A stretch of 64,000 bases of DNA from Terriglobales bacterium (lineage in GTDB: Bacteria > Acidobacteriota > Terriglobia > Terriglobales > Acidobacteriaceae), in assembly GCA_035272945.1 (NCBI GenBank), contig DATEPX010000399.1, positions 797 through 64,796 on the forward strand, written 5' to 3'. This document shows positions 17,866 through 25,736 of this stretch, in pieces. Position 1 is the first letter of the stretch. Each line of letters opens with the position of its first letter. The notes beneath the pieces are model-generated. The model was not told where the DNA came from. It ran no database searches and saw only the letters and a program-made list of their open reading frames with translations. The translations under genes were made by a program, and so were the position numbers.

Positions 17866-19371
17866 GTGAACAAGCAAAGGACCGAGCCAACCACTGCTGG
17901 TGTTCTCAAAATCCGAGCTTCTTTGTCGCGCATCCTCCGTACCCCTAATTCTGCACTGCTTCTCCTCGTAGTGCTTGGCGTTGAGGCGGGACTGGGGCTG
18001 CTCGTGATAGGCGACCTTCTCACCGCTTACGGCCAGGTGCGGCAAATCTATGCTGGTTCGATGCAGGGACTGCGGAGGATCGGAGAGCTACAGTATGACG
18101 CCCAGGAAACCCGTCGCAGCACACTCTACGCCCTAACCACGGAAGATGGCAATTTGCAGGTCGAATATGCCGATCAATCGCGCGAAGCTGACCATCGGGT
18201 AAGCGAAGGCATTGCTGAATACCTGGTGCAAGCCCGAAGGCCCCGAGATATCGAGGTCGGGAAGCGACTAGCGAATGACTGGAGTGCCTACCTAAGGGTT
18301 CGTGACGATGTATTAGGGTTAATCCTCGAAAGCAGCCTTAAAGAAGCAGTGCACGTTGATCTCACGTCGGGTGTGTCACTGTTCGACCGGGTCCGTCGGG
18401 ACCTTGAGGAGGTCAATCGACTTTATGACGAGCAGGCATCGCAACAACTCATCCTGGTGACTGACACTTCTCGACGCTCGGTGCTCAAACTCATCGGCGG
18501 CTTCGCCTTTGCTTTGCTCTTCGGAAGCGCTGCTGTCTGGGCCATCCAAAGAAACAAGATGCACAGTGAGATGCAACTGGCCAGGTTGCAAATGGATTTT
18601 GTCGCATCAGTTTCCCATGAACTAAGGACGCCAATTGCAGCCATTCTTTGTGCTGGCGAAAATGTCAAGGATGGTTTCGCGCGGGCCAGAGAAGATCTGG
18701 TGGAACAAGGCTCGATCATTGTCGATCAGGCTGAGCAACTGGCAGAACTCGTTGACCAGGTACTGCTCTTTGCGGCAACAACAGCGAAGCCACGGTACGC
18801 TTTGGGGCCGGTGCAAGTTTCAGAAATTATTGCCATGGCACTCAGAAATACCGCCGCCCTGCTTGAGAAATCCGGATTCACAGTCGAGCAGCAGACTCAG
18901 CAAGGACTGCCGCAAGCGTTGGGCGATCTGTCAGCGATTTCCCGTTGTTTACAGAACTTGATCGTAAATGCAGTTAAGTACGACGCGGGGAAACACCGGA
19001 TCGGTGTCGCCGCAAAACTCGCCGACTCCGTGACTCACAGAAAAGAGATCCGAATCAGCGTTCAGGATAGTGGCCCCGGTATTAGTAGTTCAGACTTGCC
19101 GCGGATTTTTGAACCCTTCTATCGTAGTCCGCGGGTGGTCGCGGCTCAGATTCACGGGACCGGTTTGGGACTGTCAATTGCAAAGAGCATCATCGAGGCG
19201 GTGGGAGGGAGATTGTCAGTGGTTAGTGAAGCAGGTGTCGGGAGTACCTTCACGGTGCATCTGCCAGTTGCGGAGGAGGATCGGCACGCGGGTGCCGTGA
19301 GGTCTACCGCCAATCTAGAGGACTTGCAGCGCGAAGGAGAGTACACGCTGGTTGATCATGAGCAGCCCTGA
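17866..19371 (+). CDS. Sensor histidine kinase (4-helix-bundle sensor, HisKA, HATPase_c)
   Basis: H-box SHELRTPIAAI, N-box NLIVNAVKY, G1 DSGPGI and G2 GTGLGLSIAKS are all present. There are two TM segments. The start is GTG. Confidence 0.9.
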   Translation: MNKQRTEPTTAGVLKIRASLSRILRTPNSALLLLVVLGVEAGLGLLVIGDLLTAYGQVRQIYAGSMQGLRRIGELQYDAQETRRSTLYALTTEDGNLQVEYADQSREADHRVSEGIAEYLVQARRPRDIEVGKRLANDWSAYLRVRDDVLGLILESSLKEAVHVDLTSGVSLFDRVRRDLEEVNRLYDEQASQQLILVTDTSRRSVLKLIGGFAFALLFGSAAVWAIQRNKMHSEMQLARLQMDFVASVSHELRTPIAAILCAGENVKDGFARAREDLVEQGSIIVDQAEQLAELVDQVLLFAATTAKPRYALGPVQVSEIIAMALRNTAALLEKSGFTVEQQTQQGLPQALGDLSAISRCLQNLIVNAVKYDAGKHRIGVAAKLADSVTHRKEIRISVQDSGPGISSSDLPRIFEPFYRSPRVVAAQIHGTGLGLSIAKSIIEAVGGRLSVVSEAGVGSTFTVHLPVAEEDRHAGAVRSTANLEDLQREGEYTLVDHEQP

Positions 19372-19794
19372 GGTTTTTTTAAGGGTTCGGCGTGATATTG
19401 GAGGCTAGGCCCCTAACCCTGAATGTGGCAGGAAGCATCCCCAAGTCGACTAGTACAACTTCCCCCTTACAGAAGCCGCCGGATGAATTCTGAGTGAAAA
19501 GCCGTATGATATGCTCGCGTTCGACACACCGGAGAAGACAGGGGCAGAGTTGGAGACTGGTCCCGGACCAGAGAAGTCGGAATGGCCTGGGGCTAGCCCT
19601 TGCATTCGGTAGCGATCCGAGGCTGAGTGCAGCCACTTCGTTCTGCTTTCCCCCCACCTGCCTGCCACTCGCCCCAGATAACCGAGAACCTTGCCAGGCA
19701 CTCTCAGAAGTTAAGGTAAAACGGGATCAGTCTACCAGGCCGCCTGGCAACTCAGGGAGTGAGCCCTCTCCTGCGGCTAACTTTGGGAGCTCGC

Positions 19795-20487
19795 ATGAAG
19801 GAGAATGTACTGCTGGTAGATGATGAGAAGGCGTTGAGGTCTTCTTTGGGTGTTCGGCTTCGCGGTGAAGGTTACCTGGTCGACACCGCAGCGAATGCGA
19901 CGGAGGGTTTCCAGAAAGCAACGTCTCTTCCGTTCGACGTGATTATCCTTGACCTTATGCTGCCGGATCGCAGTGGGTTGGATCTCTGCCGCGAGATTCG
20001 GGAAGCGGGGATTGCGACGCCACTTATAGTCCTGAGTGCTCGGCAGCGGACGACGGATAAGGTAGTCGCCCTCAATTCCGGGGCTGACGATTACGTTACC
20101 AAGCCGTTCAAGGCAGCCGAACTCGTTGCTCGTATCCAAGCGTTGCTGCGACGCGTACCCATCCGGTCAGGCCACAGTGTTCATCAGTTCGGTTTGATCC
20201 GAGTGGACTTTCGACGAGCTGAGGTGACCCGGGATGACAAACCTGTTCATCTTTCAGTTCGCGAGTTCCAACTTCTACGCTACCTGATAGAACGGTCGGG
20301 GAATAGTGTTTCACGGGTCGAACTCTTAAGCTCGGTCTGGGGGTATGACGCCGCCGCACTTACTCGGACGGTCGATGTGCACGTAGCGAGCTTGCGCAAC
20401 AAATTGGAGGAGAATCCCAGTTATCCCGAGTTGATTGTGACTGTATCGAGAGTTGGCTACAAATTCGTGGGATCAAGGCGTAGCTAA
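19795..20487 (+). CDS. OmpR-family response regulator
   Basis: The receiver domain shows MKENVLLVDDE, DVIILDLMLPDRSG and KPF. The winged-helix C-terminus reads LTRTVDVHVASLRNKL...VGYKF. A GGGAG SD lies upstream of ATG 19795. Confidence 0.9.
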   Translation: MKENVLLVDDEKALRSSLGVRLRGEGYLVDTAANATEGFQKATSLPFDVIILDLMLPDRSGLDLCREIREAGIATPLIVLSARQRTTDKVVALNSGADDYVTKPFKAAELVARIQALLRRVPIRSGHSVHQFGLIRVDFRRAEVTRDDKPVHLSVREFQLLRYLIERSGNSVSRVELLSSVWGYDAAALTRTVDVHVASLRNKLEENPSYPELIVTVSRVGYKFVGSRRS

Positions 20488-21261
20488 ACCAGCGGCCAGT
20501 TGATCCAGTGAGATCGATACGGCTTCAGGGCATTAGGTGCTCCGGGCCGAGCATTCGGATTCGTCGATGGACAGCAGACGCCTATAGGGCCATTGGCGCT
20601 GCTGGCTGCCGGTCACGATGAGCACCTCCAGTTCTCCTGGCACGTGCCGGAGCGCCGGTTGGAACTGCCGCAGGAATTGCTTCACTTGCGAGAAGGCCCT
20701 CAGTTGTGGCTGATCGACCATGGCCACGCCGATGCGACCGTCAGGCAGCCGGAGCACAAACTGCTCCCGCAGGTACGGCTTGCCGCGCTACGGTAAGGCG
20801 TTCAGGGGGTAGCCACACTCTGTGAACGGAGATTTTGTAAGGGGGGCTTCGATGGCGCACTATTTTGGTGATCGGCTTTGCTCGACTGAAGCTCAAGGGA
20901 GTTCCTGACCCGGCTGGTTGCGCTCGGTGGATATTGCACAGTGTCGCAGGCGAGAAGCCCATATTCTTCCCAGCTGGGGGGTGATCGCCCGTTAGGTGAA
21001 GTGCCGGCGCGTCCCGCGGAGCTGTGGCTGGGAACCACCCGCCGAGCTACAGGTTGGGAATCGAATCCGACACCCAATGTAAGACAACATACAGAGCAGT
21101 GGACGGCAATTAGAGCAGCGGATCGGGAGGTGTGCACATGGGCTTCGGCGCCTATTGCGTATCGTCCAGACGTTCGGGCGCGGCGGCCGGTACCGCAAGT
21201 CCGGTGGTATGCGATCAACGCACTCGCCCAAATTCCATCAGCGTTGTGCTGTCCGTGTGAC

Positions 21262-21942
21262 CTATTCAATCAACAAGACTCCCGGCCAGTTCAAGTTGCC
21301 ACGGTGACATGACAGGAGTTCTCGCTGAAGAACGGGCGTGACATTGGGGACAATAATAATGATGCCCGGATGCAATGGCTCCTTGCCAAAGGGCGCAAGA
21401 AAATCGGCACCATTGTTGGTGACAATTGTAAACCCCCTCTCCCGGATGACCGGCAACAGCTGCCAGTCTTTTAGACCTCCAAGGCTAAGGTAGTTGACAT
21501 GATCGGCCACGTAACCTGCGGCGTGCGCCACTTGCACGAGGGATGTGTGCAGACATTCATCGATCAAGAATTTCAATGTCGCCCCGCAAGTGAACGGCGA
21601 TGACGGGTTGCCCGAATTGGCTTTGCTTTTGCCCAGGGCCACGGCCAGCGGGCGGCCGCGAGGAAACGCCTGAACATAAAACGGGGCGAGTGCGACCTTC
21701 TCCTTGTCGAGAGATGGGTAGCCTTCCCAAGCCTTGCTATTGAGACCTTCTGAGATCCTAAGTCCGAGCAGTCTTGAAATGCTCCTCGGATTCTGGAGAG
21801 CCTCCATCCACGCCGCTAGCATTGTGCCGAGTTTTGTCAACTGCCGCAATGTTCGGTGGAAGCTGCGCTGGGCTACTTCAACTTTCCCCGCCAGAACTAC
21901 ATCTCCAATGCAAAACTGAAGTGAAAGTCCAAACCCCGCCAC
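21262..21942 (-). CDS. PIN-like (DUF5615 / Mut7-C-type) toxin domain protein, with a possible DUF433-like N-terminal extension in the same frame
   Basis: The C-terminal ~105 aa read (L/M)KFLIDECLHTSLVQVAHAAGYVADHVNYLSLGGLKDWQLLPVIRERGFTIVTNNGADF...HPGIIIIV, which matches the DUF5615 pattern. A TTG at 21576 could start a stand-alone toxin. The upstream in-frame part contains EGYPSLDKEKVALAPFY, reminiscent of the DUF433 motif YPsLt.edv.aAlaY. Confidence 0.6.
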   Translation of the reverse strand: MAGFGLSLQFCIGDVVLAGKVEVAQRSFHRTLRQLTKLGTMLAAWMEALQNPRSISRLLGLRISEGLNSKAWEGYPSLDKEKVALAPFYVQAFPRGRPLAVALGKSKANSGNPSSPFTCGATLKFLIDECLHTSLVQVAHAAGYVADHVNYLSLGGLKDWQLLPVIRERGFTIVTNNGADFLAPFGKEPLHPGIIIIVPNVTPVLQRELLSCHRGNLNWPGVLLIE

Positions 21943-21947
21943 TTACT

Positions 21948-23420
21948 TCACGTGAGGAGCTTACGAAGTTTGCGAACGGCGGCAGGAATCTCTTCAACTG
22001 AGGCGCTTCCGAAACCCAGGATGAAGCCCGGACGGGCTCCGCCCAGATACGAAGGAGAAAGTGGCCAGATCCGAAGATTCTGGCGAGCGGCTCGCTCCGC
22101 AATTTCCGTATCAAGGCTCTGGTTCGGCAACGTCACGGCCAGGTGCATACCTGCCTCGTCGCCAAGCACGTTGACCCTGGACCCCAGTTCCTTGTCGATG
22201 GTGTCCACCAGCACCCGCCGTCGCTCGCCGTAGAGAACCCGCATTCTGCGGATGTGGCGCGCAAAATGTCCTTCGGCAATAAAGTCCGCAAGCACTTCCT
22301 GATAGAAGGTGGGCGGGCCAAGATCCATGGCACGGCGGATGGCCAGGAAATGGTCAACGAGGTCGGGTGGGATGACGCCATAGCCGAGGCGCAACGAAGG
22401 AAACAGAACTTTGCTGAAGGTACCGATGTAGATCACACGACCGTTGGCATCGAGCCCTTGCAAGGACGCAATCGGTAAGCTCTCGTAGCGATACTCTGCG
22501 TCATAGTCATCCTCAATGATCCAAGATCCCGCGCGTTGGGCCCAGTCCAGCAGTTGGAAGCGCCGCGAGGCACTCATGGTCACCCCGAGCGGAAATTGAT
22601 GAGAAGGGGTAACAAACACAGTCCGCGCCTTGTGACAGCGCTTGATGCCAGCTGCAACATCCAAACCCTCCTGGTCGACAGGAACGGGAACAAGATGACA
22701 GCCCGTCAGCGCGAACACCTCTCGCGCCAAGCGGTAGCATGGCTCTTCGATCCAGACAGAATTTCTGGAGTCCAGGAGAACGCGAGCGGAAATCTCAAGT
22801 GCCTGCTGGGAGCCGCTCGTGATCATCACTTGCTCCGCTTCGCAACGCAGCGAACGCGCGGCTCTCAGATAGCTGGCAAGTGTTTCCCGGAGAGCCTTGG
22901 AACCCATCTGATCGCCGTAGTGAAACGACTTGGCGTCCATGCTTCTGCACCGGCGCGCAACCAGGCTCGACCAGATATGGACTGGGAATTGATCGACAGC
23001 AACCTGCCCGACACCGAATGCTCCCCAACCGTGCAGCCAGGGCGCCGACGACTCCGCCCGGGGAAGGAACGAGCGTCGCACGACCGGCCGAGGCCCGGAT
23101 CGGCTTGTCGCAAATTGCCCTCCGGCTGGCGCGCACGAAGTCAGTTGTTCGGGAAGCGAGCTAGAGACCACTGTTCCCGCGCCCACGCGACTCTCTAAGT
23201 AGCCTTCGGCCAAAAGCTGGGCGTAGGCGTTCAGGACGGGGAATCGCGAAACGCAAAGTTCGGAGGCAAGACCTCGCGAAGAGGGGATTCGCTGCCCCGG
23301 GCGCAGCCTGCCCTCAATAATCGCCCCGCGATAGGCGTCATAGATCTGCCGATGCAGAGCCTTCCGGGCCCTGCGGTCGACCGGGATGAAGGGGAGAATC
23401 CCGGAAGCAACTCGTTTCAT
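21948..23420 (-). CDS. MocR-like regulator (GntR wHTH fused to a PLP-dependent aminotransferase fold)
   Basis: The wHTH reads PSSRGLASELCVSRFPVLNAYAQLLAEGYLESRVGAGTVV. The aminotransferase fold carries YIGTFSKVLFPSLRLGY (PLP lysine). I chose ATG 23420 (MKRVASG...), so the 605-aa track ORF is over-extended by 115 codons. Confidence 0.9.
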   Translation of the reverse strand: MKRVASGILPFIPVDRRARKALHRQIYDAYRGAIIEGRLRPGQRIPSSRGLASELCVSRFPVLNAYAQLLAEGYLESRVGAGTVVSSSLPEQLTSCAPAGGQFATSRSGPRPVVRRSFLPRAESSAPWLHGWGAFGVGQVAVDQFPVHIWSSLVARRCRSMDAKSFHYGDQMGSKALRETLASYLRAARSLRCEAEQVMITSGSQQALEISARVLLDSRNSVWIEEPCYRLAREVFALTGCHLVPVPVDQEGLDVAAGIKRCHKARTVFVTPSHQFPLGVTMSASRRFQLLDWAQRAGSWIIEDDYDAEYRYESLPIASLQGLDANGRVIYIGTFSKVLFPSLRLGYGVIPPDLVDHFLAIRRAMDLGPPTFYQEVLADFIAEGHFARHIRRMRVLYGERRRVLVDTIDKELGSRVNVLGDEAGMHLAVTLPNQSLDTEIAERAARQNLRIWPLSPSYLGGARPGFILGFGSASVEEIPAAVRKLRKLLT

Positions 23421-23549
23421 TGGGGCCCGATCATAATGGTCATGCTGAAAACCCGTCAAGTGGCTATTGTTTCCGACCACTTTATCTTTCACGATCAGCG
23501 TATTCAGCGGGCTCGGTGACCGAATAGTTCCATCCGGCTGATTTGTGCC

Positions 23550-23831
23550 ATGGCAGCGCGTATTCGTCATTGCGTTGAGTGTCCGAGATGCCTTACTCGA
23601 TATCTGATCGGGTTCAGTCCCTACCCGAACGGATCTTACCTGGTGCCGCTGGTGGAGGGGTCCTCGGAAGAATGGACCCTGTATTGTTCGTGCGACCGAC
23701 CGCCCAGTTCCAGCCGATGGTCCTGGAGCGAGTTGAAGATGTACGCGGTTTCCAGTCCTGCTCACAATCGTGGCTATGGTCGCCCCGAGGAAATCGTGCC
23801 CGTAGACCGAAGGTCGCGGCCTGCGGGTTAG
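23550..23831 (+). CDS. Hypothetical small Cys-rich protein (93 aa)
   Basis: MAARIRHCVECPRCLTRYLIGFSPYPNGSYLVPLVEGSSEEWTLYCSCDRP... is not low-complexity and contains CxxCxxC ... CxC. It sits in the 460-bp MocR/membrane-protein intergenic region. I recognised no homolog. Confidence 0.3.
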   Translation: MAARIRHCVECPRCLTRYLIGFSPYPNGSYLVPLVEGSSEEWTLYCSCDRPPSSSRWSWSELKMYAVSSPAHNRGYGRPEEIVPVDRRSRPAG

Positions 23832-23882
23832 ACGTCTTCGACTGAAATGCGATTGGGCTAGGGGCGCTGAAGAGGAATCGTC

Positions 23883-24875
23883 GTGAGCGGCAGCTTGGTG
23901 AATTCGTCGGCAGTCATGGCTCTCCTGGTAATTCCCAGCGAGGTGACTTGGTCATATTTCAGCGGTGGAGTGGTCCTTGCAATCGGGCTGGTCGCGATTT
24001 TTGTTCGTGGCGATTGGCAAAAGGCGCGCGGATTCGACAAGCTGATTCTGTTCGGGCCGCTTTTCTACGCGGCGCCGCTCGCGGCCTTCGGCACCGAACA
24101 TTTCACGCTGACGAAGGCCATCGCGTCGCTCATTCCGGCGTGGATTCCGTGGCCTCTGTTCTGGGCTTACTTCGTAGGCACTTGCTTTATCCTAGCCACG
24201 CTGAGCATGGTGACGGGGATTCAGGCGCGTCTCTCCGCGAGTTTGCTCGCCTTGACGTTTTTCCTTTTCGTGGCGCTGATGGACGCCCCAGGTTGGGCAC
24301 AACATCCGCGAAATCGGTTTGCCCTGACGTTCGCGCTGCGGGAATTATCCTTCAGTGGCGGCCCTCTGGCGCTGGCAGCCAGCCTTACCGGGCAGTGGCG
24401 CGAGCGCGGCACGCACATCCGTGCGACGATTGCACGCTATTTCGTTGCCATTCCCGTGCTGTTTTTCGGCTTCGAGCAGTTCATGCACGGCAATCACGTT
24501 CCCGGCGTTCCGCTGGAACCGGTGACTCCCGAATGGATCTACGGACACGCCATCTGGACGTACCTGGCAGCCGTGGTTTATGCAGTCGCGGGTGCCCTAT
24601 TGCTAGTTGGCAAGAAATCCCGCGCAGCAGCGACGTGGGTGGGCTTGACCGTGCTCTTCGTGGAGTTGGTCGTCTATGTGCCGATCGGAGTAGTGGAACG
24701 CGCCAGCCTCGACAAGGGCCTTAATTACTTGGCGGATACACTGATGTTTTGCGGCACCGTTCTTCTGCTCGCGGGCGCCATGCCGCGCGAAACATCGGCT
24801 GATCAGTGCTCCCGCGAAAACCGCCGTCGAGCTTCAAATGCATTAGCAAGCGGGAATCGAATAGGTTTGATTTGA
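23883..24875 (+). CDS. Integral membrane protein (DoxX-like, two 4-TM halves)
   Basis: The protein has about 8 hydrophobic helices. GAGGA lies 6 nt upstream of GTG 23883. The gene is divergent from the MocR regulator. Confidence 0.7.
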   Translation: MSGSLVNSSAVMALLVIPSEVTWSYFSGGVVLAIGLVAIFVRGDWQKARGFDKLILFGPLFYAAPLAAFGTEHFTLTKAIASLIPAWIPWPLFWAYFVGTCFILATLSMVTGIQARLSASLLALTFFLFVALMDAPGWAQHPRNRFALTFALRELSFSGGPLALAASLTGQWRERGTHIRATIARYFVAIPVLFFGFEQFMHGNHVPGVPLEPVTPEWIYGHAIWTYLAAVVYAVAGALLLVGKKSRAAATWVGLTVLFVELVVYVPIGVVERASLDKGLNYLADTLMFCGTVLLLAGAMPRETSADQCSRENRRRASNALASGNRIGLI

Positions 24876-25033
24876 TGACATTAAGAATAGCTACGTAATG
24901 GTTGTAAACAGGCGTGGGTGTTGAAAAACTCCCTCTCAAAAAAGGTTACGACGCCGGCGTCCACAAGATTTGCGTGTCCCAACATCCAATTAGGTTCTAA
25001 CGAAATGGTTCGCCGCGCGGGAACCCTGGGAGA

Positions 25034-25291
25034 CTATGCGGCACTAGGGGAGCGATGATCCGATTTCAGACCTTTTCTTATCATGTGCACAATCGACAAC
25101 GGAATCCGCAATCTCCTTGCATCCCCGGACTTGCGGGATTTTGCCTCAATTGAGACTCCATGTTCATCTGAAATCGGATTAGAGAGCAGGTCGAACTCTT
25201 CTCCATAGATCCGTATCCGATTGCGATCTGCGTATCCGAGCGCCTTGAGTTTTTCGCAGAGTTCAGCGTTACTTCGATCTGCGCCTGTCAT
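25034..25291 (-). CDS. Hypothetical protein (85 aa)
   Basis: A GGAGAAAGG SD sits directly upstream of the ATG. The composition is balanced (MTGADRSNAELCEKLKALGYADRNRIRIYGEEFDLLSNPISDEHGVSIEAK...). Confidence 0.5.
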   Translation of the reverse strand: MTGADRSNAELCEKLKALGYADRNRIRIYGEEFDLLSNPISDEHGVSIEAKSRKSGDARRLRIPLSIVHMIRKGLKSDHRSPSAA

Positions 25292-25658
25292 AGACCTTTC
25301 TCCAAACCTTCATTGGGCGAATGTTGGTTTCAGAGCAGTTGCAGGTTCGTTCTGGATTGCAGACTGACAGGTGGATTATACAAGGGAGCGAAGCCATCGC
25401 AAAACTGCGGTTCGGAATATTCCATTCGTGGTCCTCGCTGCACGTGAAATGCCACCCAGCTATGAAAACTTGGCTCACAGAATCTTCCTGGACCGTCTCG
25501 GCAAGTCGTTCTTGCGAGAAATATTGCCCCGAGGTAGGTGAGAAGCTCGTGTGGCGGGGGCGTCCCAAACGAAATTGACGGTGAGCATGCTGGCGTGGTG
25601 GTTCTGGCACGTTTAATGTCAGGTTCAAAAACGCGGCGGCCCGCCAGGTTCTGGACCG

Positions 25659-25667
25659 TGTTATAAT
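25659..25667 (+). promoter_or_regulatory. Extended -10 element TGTTATAAT upstream of the TBDR operon
   Basis: This is an exact TGnTATAAT match, ~70 nt upstream of ATG 25737. I saw no clear -35 element. Confidence 0.3.
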
Positions 25668-25736
25668 CCGCGCTGCTTAGCCAGTCGGCAAGAAATTTCC
25701 ACCAGCGAGTCTTCAGAAAATGTGAGGATTAGAGAC

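Noticed and set aside
19372-19380. A T7 run after the kinase stop, considered as an intrinsic terminator.
   Set aside because: The preceding sequence forms only a 4-bp imperfect stem, which is not enough to call a terminator.
20533-20757. A 74-aa GTG-initiated ORF, considered as a nuclease or TA component.
   Set aside because: It has a protein-like composition, but I could match no family and it has no clear SD. A plus-strand ORF of similar length covers the same DNA. It is mentioned only inside the finding on the unassigned region.
21052-21075. A TTCGATTCC-containing segment, considered as a tRNA gene.
   Set aside because: The flanking bases cannot form a 5-bp T-stem or a 7-bp acceptor stem, and I could not draw a cloverleaf. 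At most it is a degraded tRNA 3' fragment.
21948-23765. The 605-aa MocR ORF, and similar long N-terminal extensions of 36354-39320, 46158-49712, 35075-36340, 30483-33041, 17206-17850 and 42194-44320.
   Set aside because: In each case an internal start gives a family-typical N-terminus or signal/Tat peptide with an SD, and the extension overlaps a neighbouring gene or non-coding DNA. High-GC DNA keeps such frames open by chance.
25269-25628. A 119-aa minus-strand ORF upstream of the small hypothetical gene.
   Set aside because: It overlaps the start of the better-supported 85-aa gene, has no SD and an odd composition. It also covers the likely promoter region of the TBDR operon.
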